Positions 47,603 to 59,804 of a stretch of 64,000 nucleotides of DNA are shown here, piece by piece. The stretch covers positions 26,722,001 through 26,786,000 of the forward strand of contig NC_135667.1 in NCBI RefSeq assembly GCF_964188315.1, in the 5' to 3' direction. Numbering within the stretch: the first letter of the stretch is position 1; every line of letters starts with the position of its first letter. This stretch comes from Podarcis muralis. Taxonomy: Eukaryota. The notes under the pieces are model-generated. The model was given only the letters and a program-made list of their open reading frames with translations, searched no databases and was not told the origin of the DNA. The position numbers were made by a program, and so were the translations under genes.

Positions 47603-48589
47603 TCAACGGCTGATAAGGTTAAAGGATGGAGGGGAGCAAAGTCTTGCATGAACTGTCAATCTACCACATAGAGTCTTTAAGGCTTTGTGAACTTCTTTGT
47701 TTCTCAAACTGTAGATGAGAGGATTGATCAAGGGATTCAGGATGGTGTAGAAGAGTGAAAATACTTTATTGAGATCTCTCAGAGTCGGGGTGTCTGGCAA
47801 CATGTAGACAATGATTATTGAACCATAAAAAGTGCAAACCACAATGAGATGAGAGGAGCAGGTCAAAAATGCTTTTTTCCTCCCAACAGCAGATGGAATC
47901 TTCAGGATAGTACTCATAATACAAATGTAGGATATGAGAATCAACAAGAATGGGGTGACAGTGATAAAGAAGGCTGAGAAAAGGGTAAAGAGTTCAATCC
48001 TGATAGTGTCACTGCAAGAGAGTTTTTCAATTGGGGTGAGGTCACAAAAGTAATGATTAATGACATTGGGCCCACAGAAGTATAACTGAGCCAGGAGACC
48101 TACTAGTATGCCATTAAAGAATGGACCATTTGTCCATGTCCCAGCCATAAGCTGACAACATAGTTTTCCATTCATGATGGAAGCATACAGCAAAGGTCTA
48201 CATATTGCCACATAGCGGTCATAGGACATCACGGCCAGGATATATGTTTCTATAGCTACAAAAGAGCCAAAGAAATAAAACTGGGTTAGGCACCCATTTA
48301 AAGAGATGGTTCTCTTTTGAGATATCATATCAGCTAACATTTTGGGCAGGATGACTGAGCTGGTACAAGTCTCCAGGCAGGACAAATTGGCCAGGAAGAA
48401 GTACATGGGTGTGTGGAGGTGCTGATCAGCCACAACAAGCAAAATGATGAAACAATTCCCAGTTAGTGTCAAGATGTAAATCATGAGGAAGAAGGAGAAA
48501 AGGAAAGGCTGCAGCTCAAGCAGATTCCCAAAACCCAGGAGGATGAATTCTCTGATTGCTGTCTGGTTTCCTTCTTCTGTGTTCCCCAT
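47603..48589 (-). CDS. Olfactory receptor, subfamily B, 328 aa
   Basis: ATG at 48589 (track start is TTG); MGNTEEGNQT; full OR motif set. Confidence 0.94.
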   Translation of the reverse strand: MGNTEEGNQTAIREFILLGFGNLLELQPFLFSFFLMIYILTLTGNCFIILLVVADQHLHTPMYFFLANLSCLETCTSSVILPKMLADMISQKRTISLNGCLTQFYFFGSFVAIETYILAVMSYDRYVAICRPLLYASIMNGKLCCQLMAGTWTNGPFFNGILVGLLAQLYFCGPNVINHYFCDLTPIEKLSCSDTIRIELFTLFSAFFITVTPFLLILISYICIMSTILKIPSAVGRKKAFLTCSSHLIVVCTFYGSIIIVYMLPDTPTLRDLNKVFSLFYTILNPLINPLIYSLRNKEVHKALKTLCGRLTVHARLCSPPSFNLISR

Positions 48590-48896
48590 TGCTTTAATCA
48601 ACAGGAGGTCAACACAACCCTACAACATAACAAGAACCAATGGTTTAAATGAAGTTGTATTCACATATTTTGGGGACAGTACTGTGCAAACCTATACATG
48701 ACTACTCAGAAACACCACTGCAGAAAATTCAACGAAACTTATTCTTTGTTTGAAAAATGCGTAAATGATTTCAATAGAAATTAATAATTGGAGCCATATG
48801 CCATGTGTCTTATTAAGTCTAAAATTCTTAGATATCTGATATCTCAGTTCTGAGGGTTAGGCAGGGCTTTGCTGAAAGCATATGGCTTTAGTACTT

Positions 48897-49120
48897 ACAT
48901 GCACCCATTTACTGTTGGATTATGCTCCAGGAGTTAGTGCTGCTAGCAGAGGTTGTGTGATGAACAACACCATGCAACTGCGTGTCTCTGAAGCTGCCTC
49001 TTGCAAAAACGTAAAAGGAAGTGAGCCTGGAGACTTACTGCTGATTTTCTAGCTGCGTGGAATACATATATGATGCAAGCAACTTCTTAAACCCAACAGG
49101 GATCCCAATATTAATTCCTT
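48897..49120 (-). promoter_or_regulatory. Conserved 5' UTR exon/promoter block of subfamily B
   Basis: Minus-strand donor gtaag(t/a) at 48898, 51859, 57082 and 63128; shared ccc(a/g)atattaa motif about 210-250 nt further upstream; in-frame stops in the two copies checked (48898, 57082) argue against coding. Confidence 0.5.
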
Positions 49121-50284
49121 CTCTGTGGACTACTATCTCATCTGGGTAAATTGTGACCTAGAACATCTATAGGTAGGGATGTTAGAGAATTCAAAACAAA
49201 AACAGAAACGGAAATTGAAGAGGAAAGTGATGAAGCTTGCTTATTTGCCCCTTATTAGGAATAGAAATCAATCAAGTGAATACCAGTTAGTATTCGCTGT
49301 TGCTGGTGTGCAGGGTTTTAAGCATAATCAATAGCATTATTTTCCCAATTTAAATTGTGTTCCCTTTGCATTGAAATGAATGGCCTTTGAAATGAAAAGA
49401 ATGGTGTTACATCAATGATTACATCAATTACTTTAAATAGTAGGCAGGTCAGATGGTTTTGCCTAAGGAAGTGGTCTTTTGGGTATTTGAAGGCAATATG
49501 GATGGTTGAGGATTGCAGGCTTGATTGAAGGATGGCAAGAATAACAAAAGCAATGCACACTTAAGTCTGAGCAGACTGAATAGGATATATTACTGTATGC
49601 AGCTGAACACAGTTCACAGAAATAGACTACAAGAAACATATTACTCCATAGCCAGGCATGACAGAAAGAAATGCAGTAAGCAGCATAGATCATGCCCCTT
49701 TGGTTGCTGCCAGGGAAATCTGTAGACACAGCTGTAGGTTGTCCCCTTTACACATCTAGAAACAGACACAGCTAAATCTTAAGGATCCAGCACAAAATCT
49801 GTTTATTGAGCATTTATCCTGATGTGCTTGCACAAAGATTACACATATTACAGCCATTGTACTTATTATGGCCATCAACTCAGGGTAAGGAGATAAGGAG
49901 GAAATTACCTACTTTCATTTGATTTAATATATCAAATCAACACTTTCTTGCTAAGACAACAGCCATAACACAGCAGCTGGTCAGAAATAACAACTGAAAG
50001 CATAGTCAGATAAACAAGCCCATCCACAACAGGTGATATAGCGCAAATAAACAGAGAAGTCATAGAACTAAATGGATTACTCTAGTCACACCCTAGCTTT
50101 TAAACATAAAGGAAAGGGGTGAATTCAGTCAAATGCTTTTTTAAAAATGGCAATAATATTTAAAAAATGTAAGACACAAAGAGATGAAGAGGTCAAAAAG
50201 GCTTCTCCCCCCCCCCCCAATAGCAGAAGGAATGGAAGGGTGGAATCCTTTTTTCTGTAAAACCTTTCTCTAACCACTACAGTA

Positions 50285-50510
50285 CAGTGGTACCTCAGGT
50301 TAAGTACTTAATTCGTTCCGGAGGTCCGTTCTTAACCTGAAACTGTTCTTAACCTGAAGCACCACTTTAGCTAATGGGGCCTCCTGCTGCCACCTTGCCA
50401 CCGGAGCACAATTTCTGTTCTTATCCTGAAGACAAGTTCTTAACCCGAGGTACTATTTCTGGGTTAGCGGAGTCTGTAACCTGAAGTGTATGTAACCTGA
50501 GGTACCACTG
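50285..50510. mobile_element. Tc1/mariner MITE, same family as 36358
   Basis: Same TIRs, TA TSD; absent from the paralogous spacer near 54135. Confidence 0.88.
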
Positions 50511-50578
50511 TACACTACACGGTCTCTCACATATTATTCTCACAAGCCATGATTTGGGATCTTCAATTTTTGATGCGC

Positions 50579-51550
50579 TTAACGGGAGAAAATTGAGTAA
50601 AGCCTTGCATAAACACTTAATCTACCAAATACAAACTTTAAGGCTTTGTGAACTTCTTTGTTTCTCAAACTGTAGATGAGAGGATTGATCAAGGGATTCA
50701 GGATGGTGTAGAAGAGTGAAAATACTTTATTGAGATCTCTCAGAGTCGGGGTGTCTGGCAACATGTAGACAACAATTATTGAACCATAAAAAGTGCAAAC
50801 CACAATGAGATGAGAGGAGCAGGTCAAAAACGCTTTTTGCCTCCCAACAACAGATGGAATCTTCAGGACCGTGGTGATAATATAAACATAGGATGTGAGA
50901 GTCAACAAGAATGGGGTGATGGTATAAAAGAAGGCCACGAGGACGGTGAAGAGCTCAATGCTGCTAGTGTCACTGCAAGAGAGTTTTTCCATTGGGTTCA
51001 GGTCACAAAAGTAATGGTCTATGACATTGGGTCCACAGAAATGTAATTGAGCTAATAGGTATATTACTATGCAATTAATCAACATCCCATTAATCCATGT
51101 TGCAACTATAAGCTGAAAACATAGTCTTCTATTCATAATAGAAGCATACAGCAACGGTCTGCATATTGCCACATAGCGGTCATAGGACATCATTGCCAGG
51201 AGATATGTTTCTACAGCTGCACAAGAGCCAAATAAGTAAAACTGGGCTATGCATCCATTCACAGAGATGGTTTTCTCTTCAGTTATCAAATTGATCAACA
51301 TTTTGGGCAGGATGATTGAACTATAGCAAGTCTCCAGGCAAGACAAATTGGCCAGGAAGAAATACATGGGGGTGTGAAGGTGCTGATCAGCCACAACAAG
51401 CAAAATGATGAGAAAATTGCTAGTTAATGTCAAGATGTAAATCATGAGGAAGAGGGAGAAAAGGAAAGGCTGCAGCTCAGGACGATTCCCAAAACCCAAG
51501 AGGATGAATTCTTTGATAGTTGTCTGGTTTCCTTCTTCTGTGTTCCCCAT
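50579..51550 (-). CDS. Olfactory receptor, subfamily B, 323 aa (probable chimeric duplicate)
   Basis: ATG at 51550; full OR motif set; 13 aa differences from the 54211 gene; 5' flank matches that of the 47603 gene. Confidence 0.94.
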   Translation of the reverse strand: MGNTEEGNQTTIKEFILLGFGNRPELQPFLFSLFLMIYILTLTSNFLIILLVVADQHLHTPMYFFLANLSCLETCYSSIILPKMLINLITEEKTISVNGCIAQFYLFGSCAAVETYLLAMMSYDRYVAICRPLLYASIMNRRLCFQLIVATWINGMLINCIVIYLLAQLHFCGPNVIDHYFCDLNPMEKLSCSDTSSIELFTVLVAFFYTITPFLLTLTSYVYIITTVLKIPSVVGRQKAFLTCSSHLIVVCTFYGSIIVVYMLPDTPTLRDLNKVFSLFYTILNPLINPLIYSLRNKEVHKALKFVFGRLSVYARLYSIFSR

Positions 51551-52676
51551 TGTTTTAATCAACAGGAGGTCAACACAACCCTACAACATAACAAGAACCA
51601 ATGGTTTTAATGAAGTGGTATTCACATATTTTGGGGACAGTACTTTGCAAACCTATACATGACTACTCAGAAACACCACTGCGGAAAATTCAACAAAACT
51701 TATTCCCTGCTTGAAAAATGTGTAAATGATTTCAATAGAAATTAATAATTCGAGCCAAATGCCATGTGTCTTATTCAGTCTAAAATTCTTGGATATCTGA
51801 TATCTCAGTTCTGAGGGTTAGGCAGGGCTTTGATGAAAGCATATGGTTTTAGTACTTACATGCACCCATTTACTGTTGGATTATGCCCCAGGAGTTAGTG
51901 CTGCTAGCAGAGGTTGTGTGATGAACAACACCATGCAACTGAGTGTCTCTGAAACTGCCTCTTGCAAATACGTGAAAGGAAGCGAGCCTGGAGACTTACT
52001 GCTGATTTTCTAGCTGTGTGGAATACATATATGATGCAAGCAACTTCTTAAACCCAACAGGGATCCCAATATTAATTCCTTCTCTGTGGACTACTATCTC
52101 ATCTGGGTAAATTGTTTTGTGACCTAGAACATCTATAGGTAGGGATGTCAGAGAATTCAAAACAAAAACAGGAATGGAAGCTGAAGAGGAAAGTGATGAA
52201 GCTTGCTTATTTGCCCCTTATTAGGAATAGAAAGCAATCAAGTGAATACCAGTTAGTATTTGCTGTTGCTGGTGTGCAGGGTTTTAAGGATAATCAATAG
52301 CATTATTTTCCCAATTTAAATTGTGTTCCCTTTGCATTGAAATGAATGGCCTTTGAAATGAAAAGAATGGTGTTACATCAATGATTACATCAATTACTTC
52401 AAATAGTAGGCAGAGTTTTCTTCCAAGGTCAGATGGTTTTGGCTAAGGAAGTGGTCCTTTGGGGATCTGAAGGCAATATGGATGCTTGAGGGTGAGGATT
52501 GCAGGCTTGATTGAAGGATGGCAAGAATAACAAAAGCAATGCACACTTAAGTCTGAGCAGACTGAATAGGATAATATTACTGTATGCAGCTGAACACAGT
52601 TCACAGAAATAGACTACAAGAAACATATTACTCCATAGCCAGGCATGACAGAAAGAAATGCAGTAAGCAGCATAGA

Positions 52677-53502
52677 ATCATAGAATCATAGAGTTGGAAG
52701 AGACCACAAGGGCCATCGAGTCCAACCCCCGGCCAAGCAGGAAACACCATCAGAGCACTCCTGACATATGGTTGTCAAGCCTCTGCTTAAAGACCTCCAA
52801 AGAAGGAGACTCCACCACACTCCTTGTCAGCAAATTCCACTGTCGAACAGCTCTTACTGTCAGGAAGTTCTTCCTAATGTTTAGGTGGAATCTTCTTTCT
52901 TGTAGTTTGGATCCATTGCTCCGTGTCCGCTTCTCTGGAGCAGCAGAAAACAACCTTTCTCCCTCCTCTATGTGACATCCTTTTATATATTTGAACATGG
53001 CTATCATATCACCCCTTAACCTCCTCTTCTCCAGGCTAAACATGCCCAGCTCCCTTAGCCGTTCCTCATAAGGCATCGTTTCCAGGCCTTTGACCATTTT
53101 GGTTGCCCTCTTCTGGACATGTTCCAGTTTGTCAGTGTCCTTCTTGAACTGTGGTGCCCAGAACTGGACACAGTACTCCAGGTGAGGTCTGACCAGAGCA
53201 GAATACAGTGGCACTATTACTTCCCTTGATCTAGATGCTATACTCCTATTGATGCAGCCCAGAATTGCATTGGCTTTTTTAGCTGCCGCGTCACACTGTT
53301 GGCTCATGTCAAGTTTGTGGTCAACCAAGACTCCTAGATCCTTTTCACATGTACTGCTCTCAAGCCAGGTGTCACCCATCTTGTATTTGTGCCTCTCAAT
53401 TTTTTTGCCCAAGTGCAATACTTTACATTTCTCCCTGTTAAAATTCATCTTGTTTGTTTTGGCCCAGTTCTCTAATCTGTCAAGGTCGTTTTGAAGTGTG
53501 AT
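52677..53502 (-). mobile_element. Young 5'-truncated CR1 LINE (RT C-terminus and 3' UTR)
   Basis: Uninterrupted ORF ([41 protein letters not shown]); (ATTCTATG)n tail; empty site in the paralogous spacer at about 49684-49693. Confidence 0.92.
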
Positions 53503-54210
53503 TAGATCATGCCCCTTTGGTTGCTGCCAGGGAAATCTGTAGACACAGCTGTAGGTTGTCCCCTTTACACATCTAGAAACAGACACAGCTAAATCTTAAG
53601 GATCCAGCACAAAATCTGTTTATTGAGCATTTATCCTGATGTGCTTGCACAAAGATTACACATATTACAGCCATTGTACTTATTATGGCCATCAACTCAG
53701 GGTAAGGAGATAAGGAGGAAATTACCTACTTTCATTTGATTTAATATATCAAATCAACACTTTCTTGCTAAGACAACAGCCATAACACAGCAGCTGGTCA
53801 GAAATAACAACTGACAGCATAGTCAGATAAACAAGCCCATCCGCAACAGGTGATATAGTGCAAATAAACAGAGAAGTCATAGAACTAAATGGAATACTCT
53901 AATCACCCCAACAGAGTCCAAAATATATGCCCCAAAATGTAGCTTTGAAACATAAAGGACAGGGGTGAATTCAGTCAAATGCTTTTTTAAAAAATGGCAA
54001 TAGTACAGTATTTAAAAAATGGAAGACACAAAGAGATGAGCAGGTCAAAAAGGCTTCTCCCCCCCCCCCATAGCAGAAGGGAACTTTAGGATGGTGGAAT
54101 CCTTTTTTCTGTAAAACCCTTTCTTTAACCACTAGACTACCCTACACTACACAGTCTCTCACATATTATTCTCACAAACCATGATTCTGTATCTTCAATT
54201 TTTGATGCGC

Positions 54211-55182
54211 TTAAAGGGAGAAAATTGAGTAAAGCCTTGCATAAACACTTAATCTACCAAATACAAACTTTAAGGCTTTGTGAACTTCTTTGTTTCTCAA
54301 ACTGTAGATGAGAGGATTGATCAAGGGATTCAGGATGGTGTAGAAGAGTGAAAATACTTTATTGAGATCTCTCAGAGTCGGGGTGTCTGGCAACATGTAG
54401 ACAACAATTATTGAACCATAAAAAGTGCAAACCACAATGAGATGAGAGGAGCAGGTCAAAAATGCTTTTTTTCTCCCAATAGCAGAGGGAATCTTCAGGA
54501 TGGTGGTGATAATGTAAACATAGGATGTGAGAGTCAACAAGAATGGGGTGACGGTGGAAAAGAAGGCCGAGAGGACAGTGAAGAGCTCAATGCTGCTAGT
54601 GTCACTGCAAGAGAGTTTTTCCATTGGGTTCAGGTCACAAAAGTAATGGTCTATGACATTGGGTCCACAGAAATGTAATTGAGCTAATAGGTATATTACT
54701 ATGCAATTAATCAACATCCCATTAATCCATGTTGCAACTATAAGCTGAAAACATAGTCTTCTATTCATAATAGAAGCATACAGCAACGGTCTGCATATTG
54801 CCACATAGCGGTCATAGGACATTATTGCTAGGAGATACGTTTCTACAACTGCACAAGAGCCAAATAAGTAAAATTGGGCTATGCATCCATTCACAGAGAT
54901 GGTTTTCTCCTCAGTTATCAAATTGATCAACATTTTGGGCAGGATGATTGAGCTATAGCAAGACTCCAGGCAGGACAAATTGGCCAGGAAGAAATACATG
55001 GGGGTGTGAAGGTGCTGATCAGCCACAACAAGCAAAATGATGAGAAAATTGCCAGTTAATGTCAAGATGTAAATCATGAGGAAGAGGGAGAAAAGGAAAG
55101 GCTGCAGCTCAGGCCGATTCCCAAAACCCAAGAGGATGAATTCTTTGATAGTTGTCTGGTTTCCTTCTTCTGTGTTCCACAT
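54211..55182 (-). CDS. Olfactory receptor, subfamily B, 323 aa
   Basis: ATG at 55182; full OR motif set. Confidence 0.94.
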   Translation of the reverse strand: MWNTEEGNQTTIKEFILLGFGNRPELQPFLFSLFLMIYILTLTGNFLIILLVVADQHLHTPMYFFLANLSCLESCYSSIILPKMLINLITEEKTISVNGCIAQFYLFGSCAVVETYLLAIMSYDRYVAICRPLLYASIMNRRLCFQLIVATWINGMLINCIVIYLLAQLHFCGPNVIDHYFCDLNPMEKLSCSDTSSIELFTVLSAFFSTVTPFLLTLTSYVYIITTILKIPSAIGRKKAFLTCSSHLIVVCTFYGSIIVVYMLPDTPTLRDLNKVFSLFYTILNPLINPLIYSLRNKEVHKALKFVFGRLSVYARLYSIFSL

Positions 55183-58123
55183 TGATTTAATCAATCTGTG
55201 ATCAACAGAGTCCTAAAACAGAATAAGGACCATTTATTTTAGTGCAGAAGTACACTATCTAGTACACTTAGCTGGAGCTTTTGCTAGCATTTTCTATGGG
55301 ATTCTGAAGCTGAGAAACACTACAGACCCGTTGTGCCACTCAAAAGGTAGGAGTACATAAAATAGGATTGGGGGTGTGGATAACTCACATGGCAGATTTT
55401 GATCACCCTCAACATTATTACTAAATGCATAGCTCATCCATTTGGATTGGATGAGCGGCAGTCCAACCCATGAATATATTTTGATGAAAGGACTGTGTGA
55501 TCCTGTACATGTCTACTGAGAAATAAACTACACAGAGTTCAAGGGAACATACTCCCTTCTTGCGAAATTGCAACCTAAATTAATACTAGGAGAAAAATGT
55601 AGAGCCAAGACTCCCCCCCCCCCCTGTGTAGTCTAAAAGTGAGGAATTAATCATGCTATTGAAAATGTATTTTTACAGGACTACGTAAGATATTAGTGAC
55701 ACATAACATGGTAGATTTTGCTTGCACGTCAAGGCCACAAACCACCCCCTTGGAACTAAAAACACAATGACACGCATTTTAAGTTTAAATGTTAATGGGT
55801 GAATTTTGGCCACAACTTTATTGAATACAGAATATAAGTGGTATTGGCTTAGGCATTGGCAACCTACGACTCTATATTTGACTCCTGCCCACCTTGCAGG
55901 GAGTCTGGAAAACCACCAGAAGAGGTAACTCCACTGATTACAATCAACTGAAGCTCACCCCAGAGTTCCTGCTAAATCATGGCATGGCCCTCACCCCTCC
56001 GTGGGCTACGGATGAGATCCAGACCCCCGGATTCCTTTAACAGAATGCCCTTGATCATGGAGGGGCAAGTGATGGCCACACCTCACCTCCCCCACACATC
56101 ACTAATCAAATGCCTAACTGCCAAACCTTACAAAGTTGTGACGATTGCTACACAGTAGGTGAAAACCAAGTTGCCAGTGTCAATCTGCCAAATGGAAAAC
56201 TTCCTACCAGGCCCCCGTTCCAAAACGGGCAACCAGCCAAAGTCCATAGCAAGGCCAAAAACACAACCTAAATGAAGGGTGGGTGGGCAGGTGTTTCGTG
56301 GAGCAAGGCCAAGAAGGCCTCCAGCTTCAAGCCGCAGTTTTGATTGGCCCCACAGCCACAGCCCCTGCACTCCCATTGGAGCACAGACCCTGGGGTGACC
56401 GTGGCACCACCACCAGCGCAACACAGGGTAGAGCCCTGCCCCCACACTGGGGGGGGGTGTCCTGCACCCAGCACACAACCTGGACCCTCCATTAAGAAGA
56501 CCCAATTTACCCTCCATTAACCCTCCATTAAGAAGATCCAATTTACCGCTAAAGTTTACTACAGTTTTTGTTGTTTGTTGTTTTTTTATAATTAATTGAT
56601 AGCATCACAATATTATTTAATTATCCCTCTCTGCAGGTGGGCAGGTAGATCCTTAGGTGGAGAGCAATGTCCACACTGAAAGGCCTCCTGCTTCCAGTCA
56701 TGGAAAGCTCTGAAGCTTCCCCTCCTAAATTATTGGTGCTTCAATGGCAGAGATAACAAAAAGTAGTCATTCAGGGTGCGGGGTACTGGGGATAGATCAG
56801 GCTGAGCTTTGAATCATGAGACTTCCCAACCCCCTAATGAGTATACACACAAGGCTCATTGACACATTAAATGTCTACTCAGAAATAAACCTCACATACT
56901 TCGGTGGAATGTATTTCCTTCTTACCAAGTGTGTATAGAATCCCACCCTAAATAAATAACATGAGCCAAATGCTATTTCTGCCATGATGTCCAAAACGTT
57001 TCAGTTTGTGATATTTTGCTTTTTAATGTTTGACAGGACTTTGAAAGAGGTCAAGAATAGAAGCATACGCTTTATTTCTTACCTGTACTCAGCTCCTGTT
57101 TCCTCGAATAATTTTCCAAGATTTAATACCAGTAGCAGAGGATTTCTCTAAATCTGCAATGAAAAACAATGAGCTGCAGCTCTATTGTTCCTATTGTAAA
57201 ACAAGTGTTTCTGCAACAGTTTCTTACAGAAGCTTCAAAGAGGTAAGAAGCTGAACTTGCATCTGGATTCTTGGCTGTGTGAAAAACTTTTATGATGTAA
57301 ACTACCTTCTAATCCTAAATGGAGACTCCCATATTAAATCTTCCATGGAGCATCTACTTCATTTGAAGAAACTGTAATCTGTGACATCTGCAAATTGTTT
57401 CAGCCACAATAAACATTTGCAAGCTGAAACATATTCATACTCAGAAAACAAAGTGGACTGCTATTTGTCTATCGACAGAGTTGCAGTTTCCTGATGAGCC
57501 ATCACACAACCAGAATTGTCAGCATTTTTATCATAGAATTCCTCTCAAGTACCCCTGGATATATCAGTAGATGGCCCATTTATGCTGTGTGCAGGCAGAG
57601 ATGACTTCAGAAGCTCTAATGAGCATGTGTGGATTTGGCACAGAGCCTATTCCCAAAGGACCACAATCCCATTTGAGTTGATTATGCTTCATTCTGAGTA
57701 CCTCAAAAGCCCAATGCTGTATCTCAATAATGTTTCAAATTAAGACTGAGGCAAAAGTCCTTACTTCAGAAGTTTTTTGGGGGTGGGGTGAGATTTGAGG
57801 GAACCTCAAATAATGGATCAATTATTGGTAGTTCATTAGTGTGGAGCTTATCACGTGTTTGGCTGTGCTGACACCGCTGGGCTTTGTTGTTTTACGAAAA
57901 GCTTCCTTTTACCTCTGCTAACATGGGGGTGGTGTGCAGATGAGGTTCACTCTTTTCACCCTCCAGAATGCCCCACACAGAAAACTATTCTTGAGCACCT
58001 TGTGGAAGGAGGGGGGTGATGACCACCAACAGGAACTCTGCACTGCCAGCTCATGCAGAAGAGCCAAGATGAAAAATGAAAGAAAAAAGGCAATTTCTGC
58101 AGCATTGCATTAATCATGCAAAT

Positions 58124-58525
58124 CCTGAGGCCCTTCTCTCAGTTCTGCCCCTCTCACAGGCATGCTTGGTAGGGACACAGGAGAGGACCTTCTCAGTGGC
58201 TGCTCCCAGACTTTGAAACTGCCTCCCTAGAGAAGCTAGACTGGCTCCTTCCTTGTTGGCCTGCACCAGCACATGAAGACTTCCCTGTTCCAACAGGCAT
58301 TTGAGAACTGACTGCTTTTAATGAAAGGGCTGGTACTGTGCTGTTTTCATTGTAATGATTTGTATGGGTTGAAAGTTTTTATGTATGCATATAGTTTTAA
58401 TTTGATCAATGTTTAATTGTTTTTTTTTAATTATTGCGTTTTTTCTATGTTGTTAAAAGTTCTTACTTTTATCTGTAAGCTGCCTTAAGTCCCATCAGGG
58501 AAAACGGAAGGGTAGGTAAGATTTT
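58124..58525 (+). mobile_element. L2-type LINE 3' fragment
   Basis: acaggagaggaccttctcagtggctgctcccagact motif and gtaagctgccttaagt tail. Confidence 0.55.
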
Positions 58526-59564
58526 GAAATATGAAATCTCACAGACAAAGAATGTGAGAGTATGAGATCATAGAAGCTAACTCCAGGGCACTGTGGGTTC
58601 CAGGCACCCCCAAAGTCAATAAGAAAAGCCAGCAGGAGCAGCAGGAGTAGCGGTGCTGCCTCTGAAAGAGAAGCAGTTCAGCTTCACACTCCACAGCCAG
58701 CCAGCAAGGCACCCTTTTCCGGAGGGGGGGAGACTCGGATGCAGAGTCTCTCTGTTTCCAAGTCCAAGCCCCTTGGACGGGTGCCTTGCTGGCTGTGGAG
58801 AAGAGGAAGAGGAGCCGCCACTGCAGGCCACCTCAACACGGATGTGCAACGTCACACACACACGCCTGCACATAGTGCATGTGACACTGTGAGTAGCAGA
58901 GGAGGTCTGTGGAACATGGATGGCTCTGGCCTAAGTGAAAAAATAGATAATTCTGAAACTGCTTTTTGTAAAAGCTGAAAAGGACCTTCGGGAATTGATG
59001 ATTTTCTGAGTGTTAAAAATAAAATAAAATGATGGTGCAAGATGCCTTCTGAACCTAAAAGATATGTCTACATTAATTGCTGTTCCTTGAGAGTAATAAA
59101 CTGAGTGATATTTAACTTACTGGTTCTGTAGGGTGGTTGTAGGGGGTTGACAAATAAGTCAAGACTGTGTCAAAAATGAAGAAAACTTAGCTGAGGTCTG
59201 CTTATGGGTGTCTAGTAACTTGTAACACTCCCACTAATCATTTTGTTGTACGTTAAAAAGGCAAACGAGAAGGGCGGGTGAAAAAGGACTTTTGCCTTCC
59301 AATAGTCAATGAAATCTTTAATCTGTTAACAATAGTACAAGAAAAGTATGGCTATGACTATAAATGCATTTATATGCACACTTCGACACTTGGCACTCGC
59401 ACGGGCATTTTTGTACACATTACTTTAAGAACTGCATTACAGAATCTAGAGATGTATGGATTTTGAAACATGGCTGCATTTCACTTTGCATCTTGTTTCA
59501 GAATGTGGAAATTGGGTAAGTTTGCCTTGGAATGCAAGTTGAAATGAATTTCTCTCTACCTTTT

Positions 59565-59804
59565 TTGTTGTTGTTTAGTCGTTTAGTCATGTCCAACTCT
59601 TCATGACCCCATGGACCCGAGCACGCCAGGCACTCCTGTCTTCCACTGTCTCCCGCAGTTTGGTCAAACTCATGTTAGTAGCTTTGAGAACATTGTCCAA
59701 CCATCTTGTCCGCTGTCATCCCCTTCTCCTTGTGCCCTCCATCTTTCCCAACATCAGGGTCTTTTCCAGGGAGTCTTATCTTCTCATGAGGTGGGCAAAG
59801 TACC
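59565..59804 (-). mobile_element. RTE-BovB 3' end
   Basis: gttgtttagtcgtttagtcatgtccaactcttcatgaccccatggac..atctttcccaacatcagggtcttttcca, the canonical BovB 3' terminus with (CAA)n-like tail. Confidence 0.85.

Larger units (their letters stand above)
48590..54140. repeat. Recent tandem segmental duplication: spacer 48590-50510 is highly similar to spacer 51551-54140
   Basis: Collinear near-identity over about 1.7 kb after removing the copy-specific CR1 and MITE. Confidence 0.9.

Noticed and set aside
52750-53586. 278-aa ORF as a host gene
   Set aside because: All but the first 28 residues are a truncated CR1 reverse transcriptase
58315-58324. CTTTTAATGA resembling the mouse H-enhancer homeodomain motif
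   Set aside because: It sits in an L2 tail, with no adjacent O/E site and no conservation evidence
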